Of a DNA stretch of 7,066 bases, positions 1 through 6,994 are shown piece by piece. This stretch comes from a virus. Its lineage: Duplodnaviria > Heunggongvirae > Uroviricota > Caudoviricetes. Position 1 is the stretch's first letter; every line of letters begins with the position of its first letter. Location: the IMG/VR virus record IMGVR_UViG_2531839098_000010; one strand, written 5' to 3'. The notes beneath the pieces were generated by a model that was not told the DNA's origin, did no database searches, and saw nothing but the letters and a program-made list of their open reading frames with translations. Position numbers and translations under genes: made by a program.

Positions 1-62
1 GTCATCCTGTTTACCTCTTTCTCAGGGAGTTTAGTCTCCAGGATTCCCGGGGCGGTTCAGCT
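1..62. repeat. Left copy of a perfect 62-bp inverted repeat; its partner is at 7005-7066
   Basis: Reverse complement of 1-62 is identical to 7005-7066. Identity ends at position 63 (g) versus 7004 (g), which are not complementary. The repeat lies inside the open frame that continues into tfa. Confidence 0.9.
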
Positions 63-588
63 GGCCGGAACTAATGAATTTATTGGTGAAGGTGACGCAT
101 ACATTCCGCCTCATACAGGTCTGCCAGCAAACAGTACCGATATTGCACCGCCAGATATTCCGGCTGGCTTCGTGGCTGTTTTCAACAGTAATGAGGCATC
201 GTGGCATCTCGTTGAAGATCATCGGGGTAAAACGGTTTATGACGTGGCTTCCGGCGACGCGTTATTTATTTCTGAACTCGGTCCGTTACCGGAAAATGTT
301 ACCTGGTTGTCGCCGGATGGAGAGTGTCAGAAGTGGAACGGCACATCCTGGGCGAAAGATGCAGAAGCAGAAAAACTGTTTCGGGTACGGGAGGCAGAAG
401 AAACAAAAAACAGCCTGATGCAGGTAGCCAGTGAGCATATTGCGCCACTTCAGGATGCCGTAGATTTGGATATTGCGACGGAGGAAGAGGCATCGTTACT
501 GGCTGCATGGAAGACATATCGGGTATTGTTGAATCGTGTTGATACAACAGTAGCAGCGGATGTTGAGTGGCCAGTCGCCCCACAATAA
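1..588 (+). CDS. tfa: Tail fibre assembly protein, lambda Tfa type; 5' end lies outside the window
   Basis: Frame 1 is open from base 1 to TAA at 586-588. Residues from [31 protein letters not shown] to the C-terminal [15 protein letters not shown]...EWP motif closely resemble lambda Tfa as I recall it. There is no in-frame start before the conserved region (first ATG at 172 would cut it), so the start must be upstream of the window. Confidence 0.85.
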   Translation, partial: VILFTSFSGSLVSRIPGAVQLAGTNEFIGEGDAYIPPHTGLPANSTDIAPPDIPAGFVAVFNSNEASWHLVEDHRGKTVYDVASGDALFISELGPLPENVTWLSPDGECQKWNGTSWAKDAEAEKLFRVREAEETKNSLMQVASEHIAPLQDAVDLDIATEEEASLLAAWKTYRVLLNRVDTTVAADVEWPVAPQ

Positions 589-594
589 AAAGAA

Positions 595-624
595 AAAGCC
601 ATCGACAGAAATATCGATGGCTTT
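595..624. terminator. Bidirectional intrinsic terminator between convergent tfa and acetyltransferase genes
   Basis: Stem 595-605 (aaagccatcga) pairs with 614-624 (tcgatggcttt) around an 8-nt loop. On the minus strand it is followed by a T-rich tract (tttttcttttta). It sits 6 nt after the tfa stop and 7 nt after the acetyltransferase stop. Confidence 0.6.
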
Positions 625-631
625 ATGTACT

Positions 632-1204
632 CTATTTATACAATACAACACCACTCTTTTTAGTTATATATGTGCAGTTTGATGGTATATCTTTATTTAT
701 AAAAGACATTGCACCTATTTTTACATTATCCCCAATTTTACGTGATAATCCAATGATGCAACAATTAGCTCCGATATCAACGTTACTACCAATTTTTACT
801 CTTGAACTAGGCATATCACCATCTATCTGTCCAATGGTAGTATTCTGTCGTAATACCAGATTTTCACCCGCATCAACAGCAAAATGAACAACAATTCCAG
901 CATGATGGGGAATTGTCAACCCTTTTCCAATATTTGCGCCCAATCCTATTTCACAACCAAACTTGTTAATTATTTTACTGTTTAACTTTTTGGCTGCTTT
1001 CTTATGTAATTTATTACCATTAATATACATTTCGTTAGCCAACCGCCACCAGAAAAGGAAATTCCGGTTACGCTGCTTTTTCTCTCTTAAAAGCCTCCAG
1101 ATATCCATACGTTTCCGCCGAATTACTTCATGTTTCCAGAAGTTTTTTAAATTAGTAGAGTTTCCAAATAAAACAAAGTGAATTGCCATTAAGTAAGATA
1201 GCAC
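632..1204 (-). CDS. Hexapeptide-repeat acetyltransferase, WcaB / serine O-acetyltransferase (CysE) family; AT-rich cargo gene
   Basis: The track ORF is 632..1237. The probable start is GTG at 1204-1202, preceded by an AAGGAG ribosome-binding site 6 nt upstream. The C-terminal half has tandem hexapeptide motifs (GCEIGLGANIGKGLTIPHHAGIVVH..., IGSNVDIGANCCIIG, IGDNVKIGAMSFI) typical of left-handed beta-helix acyltransferases. GC content by eye is about one third, against mid-50s in the flanking tail genes. Confidence 0.75.
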   Translation of the reverse strand: MLSYLMAIHFVLFGNSTNLKNFWKHEVIRRKRMDIWRLLREKKQRNRNFLFWWRLANEMYINGNKLHKKAAKKLNSKIINKFGCEIGLGANIGKGLTIPHHAGIVVHFAVDAGENLVLRQNTTIGQIDGDMPSSRVKIGSNVDIGANCCIIGLSRKIGDNVKIGAMSFINKDIPSNCTYITKKSGVVLYK

Positions 1205-1255
1205 GATAATCTCCTTAATTATTATTTCAGACCACACATGTTATAAGGTTAAGAG

Positions 1256-1284
1256 ATTATAAAATCCTGTTATTTGTTATTCAA
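1256..1284 (-). promoter_or_regulatory. Putative sigma70 promoter for the acetyltransferase gene
   Basis: Minus strand reads TTGAAT (-35, 1284-1279), a 17-nt spacer, then TATAAT (-10, 1261-1256). This lies about 50 nt upstream of the GTG start, with an A/T-rich tract upstream of the -35. Confidence 0.5.
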
Positions 1285-1317
1285 AAACAATTTTCTGAGA
1301 AGGACATACAACAGCAA

Positions 1318-1350
1318 GTCGCCAGTCACCTTCATCAGGAAATTGGCGAC
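1318..1350 (-). terminator. Possible weak terminator hairpin after tail gene U
   Basis: GTCGCCA (1318-1324) pairs with TGGCGAC (1344-1350), a 7-bp GC-rich stem with a large loop, about 10 nt after the U stop. The following minus-strand tract is only moderately U-rich. Confidence 0.3.
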
Positions 1351-1360
1351 ATACGTTAAA

Positions 1361-1855
1361 TCAGAGCAGCCCCTTAACTGAGCTGGCCGCGCTATTAAGG
1401 GATGATGTCACCTTATCTTTGAAGCCGGACAGCATATCGCTGAACGATGAGGATTGCAGGCGCTCCCGCAAATCCTCATCACAGCGTTCAAGAGTCAGTG
1501 AAAATTCTATCTTTTTCGCCTTACCGTAGCGATCAAACTCGGAGCGGGTCGTATTCGTTCCGGTCAGGACATACATGCCGTAAATCTGCCCGACGCCATC
1601 AATCAAAGGCCAAGGACGTCCTGTATATGCCTGCGTGGTCAACAACGACAGCGACACTTCGCCACCAGTAATCTCAGGATAAAGAACACCAGAAAGAACG
1701 ATGCGATCATCACCTGCACCGATATACTGCCAGCTTGCTGAACGGTTAACGCGTTCATTTTTCACATGTCGCCAGCTTTTGTTTTGCTGTAACTGCTGAT
1801 GCGGCAACGTGCGCAGCTCAAAAACAAACATGCCGTAGATCATCATCATGGCCAT
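1361..1855 (-). CDS. U: Phage tail protein U (P2 gpU family)
   Basis: The 164-aa ORF directly follows the tape-measure stop. Its N-terminal MAMMMIYGMFVFELRT...SWRH and EITGG motifs are as I recall for P2 gpU-like proteins. A GGAG ribosome-binding site overlaps the T stop, so the true start is probably ATG at 1849 rather than 1855. Confidence 0.85.
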   Translation of the reverse strand: MAMMMIYGMFVFELRTLPHQQLQQNKSWRHVKNERVNRSASWQYIGAGDDRIVLSGVLYPEITGGEVSLSLLTTQAYTGRPWPLIDGVGQIYGMYVLTGTNTTRSEFDRYGKAKKIEFSLTLERCDEDLRERLQSSSFSDMLSGFKDKVTSSLNSAASSVKGLL

Positions 1856-1861
1856 GACTCC

Positions 1862-2698
1862 TCAATCTTTATCGTAAAAACTGCCACGCCTGGCACGGGC
1901 GCGCCGTTCCATTTCTGCCCTGACCATTTCGCCGACCAGTTTCGCCAGTTCGCGGGGATTCTGCGTAACAACGTTATGCAGATGAACATGAATTTCACCG
2001 CCAAATCCGGAGGCAACAGGCTCCCGGTTACGGGAAGTTGCAGGAACTGATGCCACTGGCGATCGTATGGCCTCCACCACCGGGCGGGAGCTGGCCGCAA
2101 CAACAGGGACCAGCGCCGGAGGCAGCGGAGCCGGGACCACGGGTGTGATATTAATTGCGGGGGCAGGCTTACTGACCTGCGCAATCTTCCGCTCCTGCCA
2201 CTCCCCACGAACAGCAAGTGCGCGGGGCAGGTTCTTAAAGACAATATCGCCGGGGCCAATGCGTTTTTTTGTCTCATCAACCAGCTTACCTGTGTTATCA
2301 GCAATTTTGCTGAGTCTGCGTAGCGTGCCGGTATTGCTGTCTGTGAGAGGTTTGTTGTCTTTGGGTTTATCATCTCCGGTGCCATTGCTATTTCCCGCAG
2401 ACTTCGGCGGATTGATTTTCGCAATGTCTCCCTGAAACAGAGCAACCTTGTCCTGAAGAATGGCCGCACGTTGTGCGTCTTCGATTTTCTTGCGCGCCCT
2501 TTCCGCTTCATCCGGAAGCACACCGAGTTTTTCAAGTATCCACGCCAGCGTATCCAGCAACATTTTTGCAGGCGTCAGAACAAGCTGTAACGCACCACCA
2601 AGAACGTTACCGAATACCTCGCCAGCACTGGTACATTTATCCAGCGTTTCCTTGCTGGACTCCATCGGTGACAGCAGCGATTTAAACCAGTTAAACAC
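1862..2698 (-). CDS. T: Tail tape-measure protein T, C-terminal portion, in a frame shifted by one relative to the N-terminal portion
   Basis: The 278-aa frame is contiguous in sense with the upstream tape-measure frame. It has tape-measure-like low-complexity and Pro/Ala-rich composition and ends immediately before U. It has an in-frame stop just upstream (2723-2725), so it cannot start independently except at a GTG. Confidence 0.75.
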   Translation of the reverse strand: MFNWFKSLLSPMESSKETLDKCTSAGEVFGNVLGGALQLVLTPAKMLLDTLAWILEKLGVLPDEAERARKKIEDAQRAAILQDKVALFQGDIAKINPPKSAGNSNGTGDDKPKDNKPLTDSNTGTLRRLSKIADNTGKLVDETKKRIGPGDIVFKNLPRALAVRGEWQERKIAQVSKPAPAINITPVVPAPLPPALVPVVAASSRPVVEAIRSPVASVPATSRNREPVASGFGGEIHVHLHNVVTQNPRELAKLVGEMVRAEMERRARARRGSFYDKD

Positions 2699-4701
2699 CT
2701 GGCTGAACCGCTTCCGATTACGTCAAAAACAGGGCCAAACCGTTCAAAGGTGTCGCGCAACGGGGTCAGCCTTTCCATAATCCCGCTGAACACCCCGGCA
2801 AAGAAAGCCCTGATAGGATCCCAGTATTTCCAGATAAGAACGGCAGCTCCGGCAAGCGCAGCCACGATAAGACCAACCGGACTGAACAACGCCCCGATAA
2901 CGCCTCCCAGTAAAGAAACGGAACCCGTCACCATTCCCCATAGCGCAGGTAACACCCTGACGACATTCATTGACCGGGTAAGAATGTCAAAACCAAGACG
3001 CAGGGTGGCCAGCTTCCCGTAAAGCACCCCAATAACCAGCGACAACGAGCCAATCGTTGCAGTCATTGCCAGCAACGCACCGCCTGCTATCAGTAGCTGG
3101 CGCGTCAGTACCGGATGGGCCTGCGCCAGCGAGGTGATTTTTTCAAGCACCCGCGTGAGCCACTGCGTGACAGAACGCAGCGGACCGTCAACCAGATCAC
3201 TGATGCGAATACGAAGACCTTCCCATGCGCTGTCGAGATTTTTCAGGTCCCCATCAAGATTATCAGCCATTACTTTTGCGACGCGATCGGCCTCTCCCCT
3301 TGCCCCCTGCAATTCTCTGGTCAGTTTTTGCAGCTCTCCTGAACCAGCCGCCGCAACAAGCGTCTGCAAACCAACGAACGCCTCTTCTCCGGCGATGTCC
3401 TTGAAGAAGGAGACCTGGTCCACCTGTCCGTATTTTTGTGTCGCCTTATAGAGATCAAGCAGCACATCCTCCATCGGGCGCATTTTGCCTCTGGCGTCAG
3501 CAACTGACACCCCCAGCTCTTTCAGTGCATCAGCCGCAGCTTTTGGCGGTGATGCAAGGCGGGACAGACTTGCGCGCATGGCCGTGCCAGCATCGCTTCC
3601 GCGAAGACCATTATTGGCAAGCATCCCGGCCATGGCCGCCGCTTCTTCAAGACTGATACCAAGTTTTGCGGCAACCGGACCGGTATACTTCATGGTTTCG
3701 CCCAGCGCGCGTAAATCAGTATTGGTCCGGGTAAATGCTGCTGTCAGCGTATCGCCCACCCGGTCCATTTGATCGGCTGTCAGGTTGAACTGTGTGAGGA
3801 TATTGGAGCCTATATCAGCCGTCTCGCCGAGTTCGACGCCACCTGCCAGCGCCATATTAAGAACACCGGGCAATGCGGCCTGAATGGCCTGCGGAGTAAA
3901 ACCAGCCATTGCCAGAAAGCTCTGCCCACTGGCGGCATCACTCGCAGTAAACTGTGTTTCAGCAAGTTTTAACGCCTGCTCACGCAGCGCCTTAAACTGC
4001 GGGCTGTTTTTGTCGATTCGCGTCAGTGCCTGAACGCGGGACATCTCTTTGCCGAACCCGATCGCAGGCTGCAAAAAACGCCCGGCAGCATAGCCGCCCG
4101 CCGCTGCCGCACCAATTGCCAGCGCACCACCTGTTTTCAGTTTTCCCGCGGTTTCCTGCGCGTGCGAATACCGCTCACGCGCCTGCGTTACACGCGCAAG
4201 CGCCTGCCGTTCGCGTTCAAGCTGGTTGTTGTATTGTTCGGTGCGTCTGATGGCCTGCTGAATGGTGTTATCGCTGCCTGTCAGGGAAATGCCGTGGCGT
4301 TTCAGCTCTCCGCCAAGTTCCCTCATTTTCTGAATTTCCCGTGTGCGCGATTCATTCAGGCGTTCAAGCCGGGTGCTTAACTGCTGCATCAGCTTTTGTT
4401 GTTTTTCGCTGAGCACTGTACCCGTGCGTTGTAACTGATTAAGGGCGTTAAGCTGGCGTCGTGCTTTCACGATGCCAGCATCCGCTTTACTGACAGCGTC
4501 GCGGGCGCGCTCAAATGATCGCGCCTGACGCTCGAGATTTTTGATCGCCCCCTGCGTTCGCTGGATGGAGTCACCAAACTGCCCCATCAGGCGGCGTGCG
4601 TTTTCGGCAGGTCGGGTCAGCCTGTCAACGGCGCTGAAAGCGACCCGGATATCAAGAGTCTTCATTGTCTGCATTCCCGCTGCGAAGTGCCGCCCGCTCA
4701 C
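2575..4701 (-). CDS. T: Tail tape-measure protein T, N-terminal portion; the last ~44 codons before the stop at 2575 are out of frame
   Basis: Long ORF between E' and U with coiled-coil-like, Ala/Leu/Arg/Gln-rich sequence followed by hydrophobic segments. The track start at 4701 is GTG; a more likely start is ATG at 4674 or 4665, overlapping the end of E'. Sequence after ...FDVIGSG (about 2707) looks like out-of-frame read-through (Cys/Arg/Trp-rich). Confidence 0.85.
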   Translation of the reverse strand: MSGRHFAAGMQTMKTLDIRVAFSAVDRLTRPAENARRLMGQFGDSIQRTQGAIKNLERQARSFERARDAVSKADAGIVKARRQLNALNQLQRTGTVLSEKQQKLMQQLSTRLERLNESRTREIQKMRELGGELKRHGISLTGSDNTIQQAIRRTEQYNNQLERERQALARVTQARERYSHAQETAGKLKTGGALAIGAAAAGGYAAGRFLQPAIGFGKEMSRVQALTRIDKNSPQFKALREQALKLAETQFTASDAASGQSFLAMAGFTPQAIQAALPGVLNMALAGGVELGETADIGSNILTQFNLTADQMDRVGDTLTAAFTRTNTDLRALGETMKYTGPVAAKLGISLEEAAAMAGMLANNGLRGSDAGTAMRASLSRLASPPKAAADALKELGVSVADARGKMRPMEDVLLDLYKATQKYGQVDQVSFFKDIAGEEAFVGLQTLVAAAGSGELQKLTRELQGARGEADRVAKVMADNLDGDLKNLDSAWEGLRIRISDLVDGPLRSVTQWLTRVLEKITSLAQAHPVLTRQLLIAGGALLAMTATIGSLSLVIGVLYGKLATLRLGFDILTRSMNVVRVLPALWGMVTGSVSLLGGVIGALFSPVGLIVAALAGAAVLIWKYWDPIRAFFAGVFSGIMERLTPLRDTFERFGPVFDVIGSGSARCLTGLNRCCHRWSPARKRWINVPVLARYSVTFLVVRYSLF

Positions 4702-5181
4702 GCCAGCTAACCACTTCGCCGGGCGTCATCATGAAGATTTCGGCGGGCGACCAGTTAAAAATAACGGCAATATCTGCCACAAAGTCTTCTATGTGCTCAA
4801 AGCACACAACCGTGATCAGGCTTCCGTCGCCTGTTCGTTCTTCCCGCCAGAGTCCGCACCGCTCAAAAAATTTACGGCAACCACACATAACTGAATAAAG
4901 TCACGGGATGCCATTTTTTTGATCGTCACTTCATCCAGTCGCGGTGATGTCACGCGTGACAGCAGCGTAAACATGGATTCCGCTTTCAGATTCAGCACAT
5001 CAGACAGCGACAAATCTCGCAGAGATCCAGCCTGCTCAATAGCCCCGGTGATCTCCACATACGTGATTTTTTCGCCGCCTCGCTCAATTGGTTGGGTAAG
5101 TTTTACACCACGCTCACTGGTTTCTTTCACAGTGTCAGTAACTACCGTGTTTTCGGTATCGATGTTTTTCGTCTCTTTCAT
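4652..5181 (-). CDS. E+E': E+E' fusion chaperone produced by programmed -1 translational frameshift
   Basis: A -1 frame opens exactly at the slippery site (FFERCGLWREER...NADNEDS) and ends at TGA 4654-4652, overlapping the start of T. This is the arrangement described for the P2 tail operon. Confidence 0.7.
4816..5181 (-). CDS. E: Tail assembly chaperone E (P2 gpE family)
   Basis: The 121-aa ORF sits between the tube gene and tape measure, with an AAGGAG-like ribosome-binding site 7 nt upstream of ATG 5181. It contains the slippery heptamer near its 3' end. The position and frameshift architecture match the P2 E/E' and lambda G/GT pattern. Confidence 0.8.
   Translation of the reverse strand: MKETKNIDTENTVVTDTVKETSERGVKLTQPIERGGEKITYVEITGAIEQAGSLRDLSLSDVLNLKAESMFTLLSRVTSPRLDEVTIKKMASRDFIQLCVVAVNFLSGADSGGKNEQATEA
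4864..4870 (-). other. Slippery heptamer T TTT TTG for the E to E' -1 frameshift
   Basis: Minus strand reads aaT TTT TTG with codons aat|ttt|ttg in the E frame, the X XXY YYZ pattern. The -1 frame from ttt ttt gag is open for a further ~70 codons. Confidence 0.7.
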
Positions 5182-5203
5182 CAGGAAACTCCTTTCAGTC
5201 AGA

Positions 5204-5222
5204 GGCGACGCACTGCGCCGCC
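5204..5222 (-). other. GC-rich RNA hairpin in the FII-E intergenic region
   Basis: In the minus-strand transcript, GGCGGCGC pairs with GCGUCGCC (8 bp including one G-U pair) around a 3-nt loop. There is no U-tract after it, so it is not a canonical terminator. Confidence 0.35.
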
Positions 5223-5235
5223 TGCATATTACTTA

Positions 5236-5748
5236 TCAGCCAAGCCCAAGCGCGGAACGGATGCGATCGGGCACAATGTCCTTGCCGTCCTTCCGGTAAA
5301 TGAAGTTCAGCAGGTCAATCTCCCACAACGGGCGATCGTTAACACTCAGCTTGTAGTAGGTGTTTTTAATGGCGTAAGTGTGTGATGTGGCTTCTCCCTG
5401 TTTGGCTTCCCCCATATCAATTTCCGTCACACGTCCGCGCATTTCGACTTCATACAGGTCGCTTTCATCATCGGTGTAGTATTCCCCCGCAAAACGCAGT
5501 AGCGTGCCGTCAATCGTGCCGCCATACTTCAGGAACAGCTCACGAACTGCGCCCCCCATGACAAAGCTCGCATCAAGCGCGGAGTCGTCCAGGCCGAGGT
5601 CAATACTTACCGCACCCATCATGCCACCACCCCGGTAGCTGTCGGTTTTGCGCGTCAGTTTAGGCAGGGTGACGGACGTCACCTTACCCACTTCGTTTTC
5701 ACCATCCACAAACAGCGTAAAAAAGCGAAGATGTTTTGGTACAGCCAT
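5236..5748 (-). CDS. FII: Tail tube protein FII (P2 gpFII family)
   Basis: The 170-aa ORF has motifs SVTLPKLTRK, YRGGGM, DLGLDD and EMRGR as I recall for P2 FII-like tube proteins. Its ATG overlaps the FI stop by 1 nt (TGATG), with a GGGAGGTG ribosome-binding site upstream. Confidence 0.9.
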   Translation of the reverse strand: MAVPKHLRFFTLFVDGENEVGKVTSVTLPKLTRKTDSYRGGGMMGAVSIDLGLDDSALDASFVMGGAVRELFLKYGGTIDGTLLRFAGEYYTDDESDLYEVEMRGRVTEIDMGEAKQGEATSHTYAIKNTYYKLSVNDRPLWEIDLLNFIYRKDGKDIVPDRIRSALGLG

Positions 5749-6932
5749 CAGGCACCTCCCAGCACCGCAAATGCGGGACCAAAGAATTCATCAGTAAACG
5801 ACTGGTAAAGCTCCATGTCTTCCAGCGGAGGAACGGGCGTATATTTGTAGCGAATACGCACACGCCCCTGACGTAAATTCGTGGTGCTGTTATCCTCGAT
5901 GTCATACCAGCACTCCGCGCCAATCAGTTTCCCGGCAGTAACCAGTGAATCCAGTTTTGCCCTGATGGCACTGATAACATCCTTCACGTTCGCAGGTGTC
6001 AGTGGACTGTCGATGGTTTCAAACTGCGCTTCCGCAATTGAATCAGCCAGCACCTGTGCGGTTCGGGTATACACCTCAAAGATGTAGGCGTTCGTTTCCG
6101 GTGTGCGGTTGCCCCAGAAGCGGAACCCGTTGCGACGAATAATGGTCGTGATTTCTTTGTTGTTGAGGCTGTTGGCATCACTGTCTTCGGCCTGCAACGA
6201 CCAGAACACATGCCTCGACATCCCAAGCACATTTTTAACCGGAACGTTGGACAGCGATTTGTGCCAGCCCTGCTCATGGTCAATGTACGCACGAAGGCCG
6301 CACGCATAAGCAGGCGCGGGGAACGTTTCGTTTTTGCCACTTTTCAGGTTGTAGGCGATGAAGTCAGGCCATAAGAGCATCACCTCACGTTCGTTGAATT
6401 TCTGGCGGTAGGTAATCGCCTCAGCCATCGTGTTACAACCATGACATGTGGCATACACAAACGCGCGCAGTTTACCCGCAATCACGCACAGGGATTTTGT
6501 TACCGCCTCCGTGTCCAGCTCCGGCGCGGCCAGAATACGCGGACGGTATCCGATGCTTTCATCCTGCTCTGCAACAAGCAGCGCATACATCCCCGTATAG
6601 CTGCCGTCAGATTCAGAACCACCGATAACCAGTTGATCCTGCGTCTTACCGCCTTCTTCTTTGTGTTCAGCCACGCGAACGACGATCACTTTTGTGCTCA
6701 CCTGGTCTGCGATAGCCTTAAGCGCACGATAAAGCGTCCCCGTAGTCCCGCATTTTCCCAGCACGTCATTGACGCGGGTCAGCAGTGTGGGCTTGTTCAG
6801 CGGGAACAGCTCCGCGTCCGCATCATCTGCCGTTGCCACGATACCGATAACACTGGAATCAACATCATTAATCGCTGTTACCAGGTCGGTACTTTCCGTA
6901 ACACGGGCACCATGAAAACGAGTTTCACTCAT
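5748..6932 (-). CDS. FI: Contractile tail sheath protein FI (P2 gpFI family)
   Basis: The 394-aa ORF has motifs FPLNKP, KLRAF, WPDF, EQGWHKSLSNV, RRNGFRFWGNRT, YTRTAQV and YTPVPPLE characteristic of P2-type sheath proteins. Gene order FI-FII-E-T-U matches P2. Confidence 0.9.
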   Translation of the reverse strand: MSETRFHGARVTESTDLVTAINDVDSSVIGIVATADDADAELFPLNKPTLLTRVNDVLGKCGTTGTLYRALKAIADQVSTKVIVVRVAEHKEEGGKTQDQLVIGGSESDGSYTGMYALLVAEQDESIGYRPRILAAPELDTEAVTKSLCVIAGKLRAFVYATCHGCNTMAEAITYRQKFNEREVMLLWPDFIAYNLKSGKNETFPAPAYACGLRAYIDHEQGWHKSLSNVPVKNVLGMSRHVFWSLQAEDSDANSLNNKEITTIIRRNGFRFWGNRTPETNAYIFEVYTRTAQVLADSIAEAQFETIDSPLTPANVKDVISAIRAKLDSLVTAGKLIGAECWYDIEDNSTTNLRQGRVRIRYKYTPVPPLEDMELYQSFTDEFFGPAFAVLGGA

Positions 6933-6994
6933 AGCTTCAGCCCCTTGTATCCGTTAAATGATTCGGCAACAATCATCACCCACCACGCGCGTAA

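Noticed and set aside
1-62. Possible Hin/Gin/Cin/Pin-type 26-bp crossover site inside the inverted repeat
   Set aside because: Only a partial resemblance (TCCTGT..ACC) to a gix-like half-site. No convincing dyad with the AAACC..GGTTT core, so a serine-invertase site cannot be claimed from sequence alone.
74-418. 114-aa plus-strand ORF starting at a TAATG junction (stop and start overlap) that looks like translational coupling
   Set aside because: It is out of frame with the strong Tfa homology in frame 1 and its translation is Arg/Cys/Trp-rich nonsense. The TAATG is coincidental.
567-1181. Plus-strand ORFs 567..887 and 963..1181, antisense to the acetyltransferase
   Set aside because: Low-complexity translations with no ribosome-binding site. 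They lie within a well-supported minus-strand gene and its terminator.
1846-2535. 229-aa minus-strand ORF overlapping the tape-measure C-terminal region in another frame
   Set aside because: It is an alternative frame of the T gene with Arg/Trp/Leu-rich junk translation. The tape-measure frame is the plausible one.
3485-3772. Plus-strand ORFs antisense to the tape measure (for example 3485..3772 and 3134..3451)
   Set aside because: These are typical spurious antisense ORFs in GC-rich coding sequence, with low-complexity Ala/Ser/Arg/Pro composition and no ribosome-binding site.
4911-4923. Run of seven A residues in E (minus strand) as a second slippery site
   Set aside because: The run is phased as AAA AAA A in the E frame, not X XXY YYZ, and is too short for efficient transcriptional slippage. 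No open alternative frame follows.
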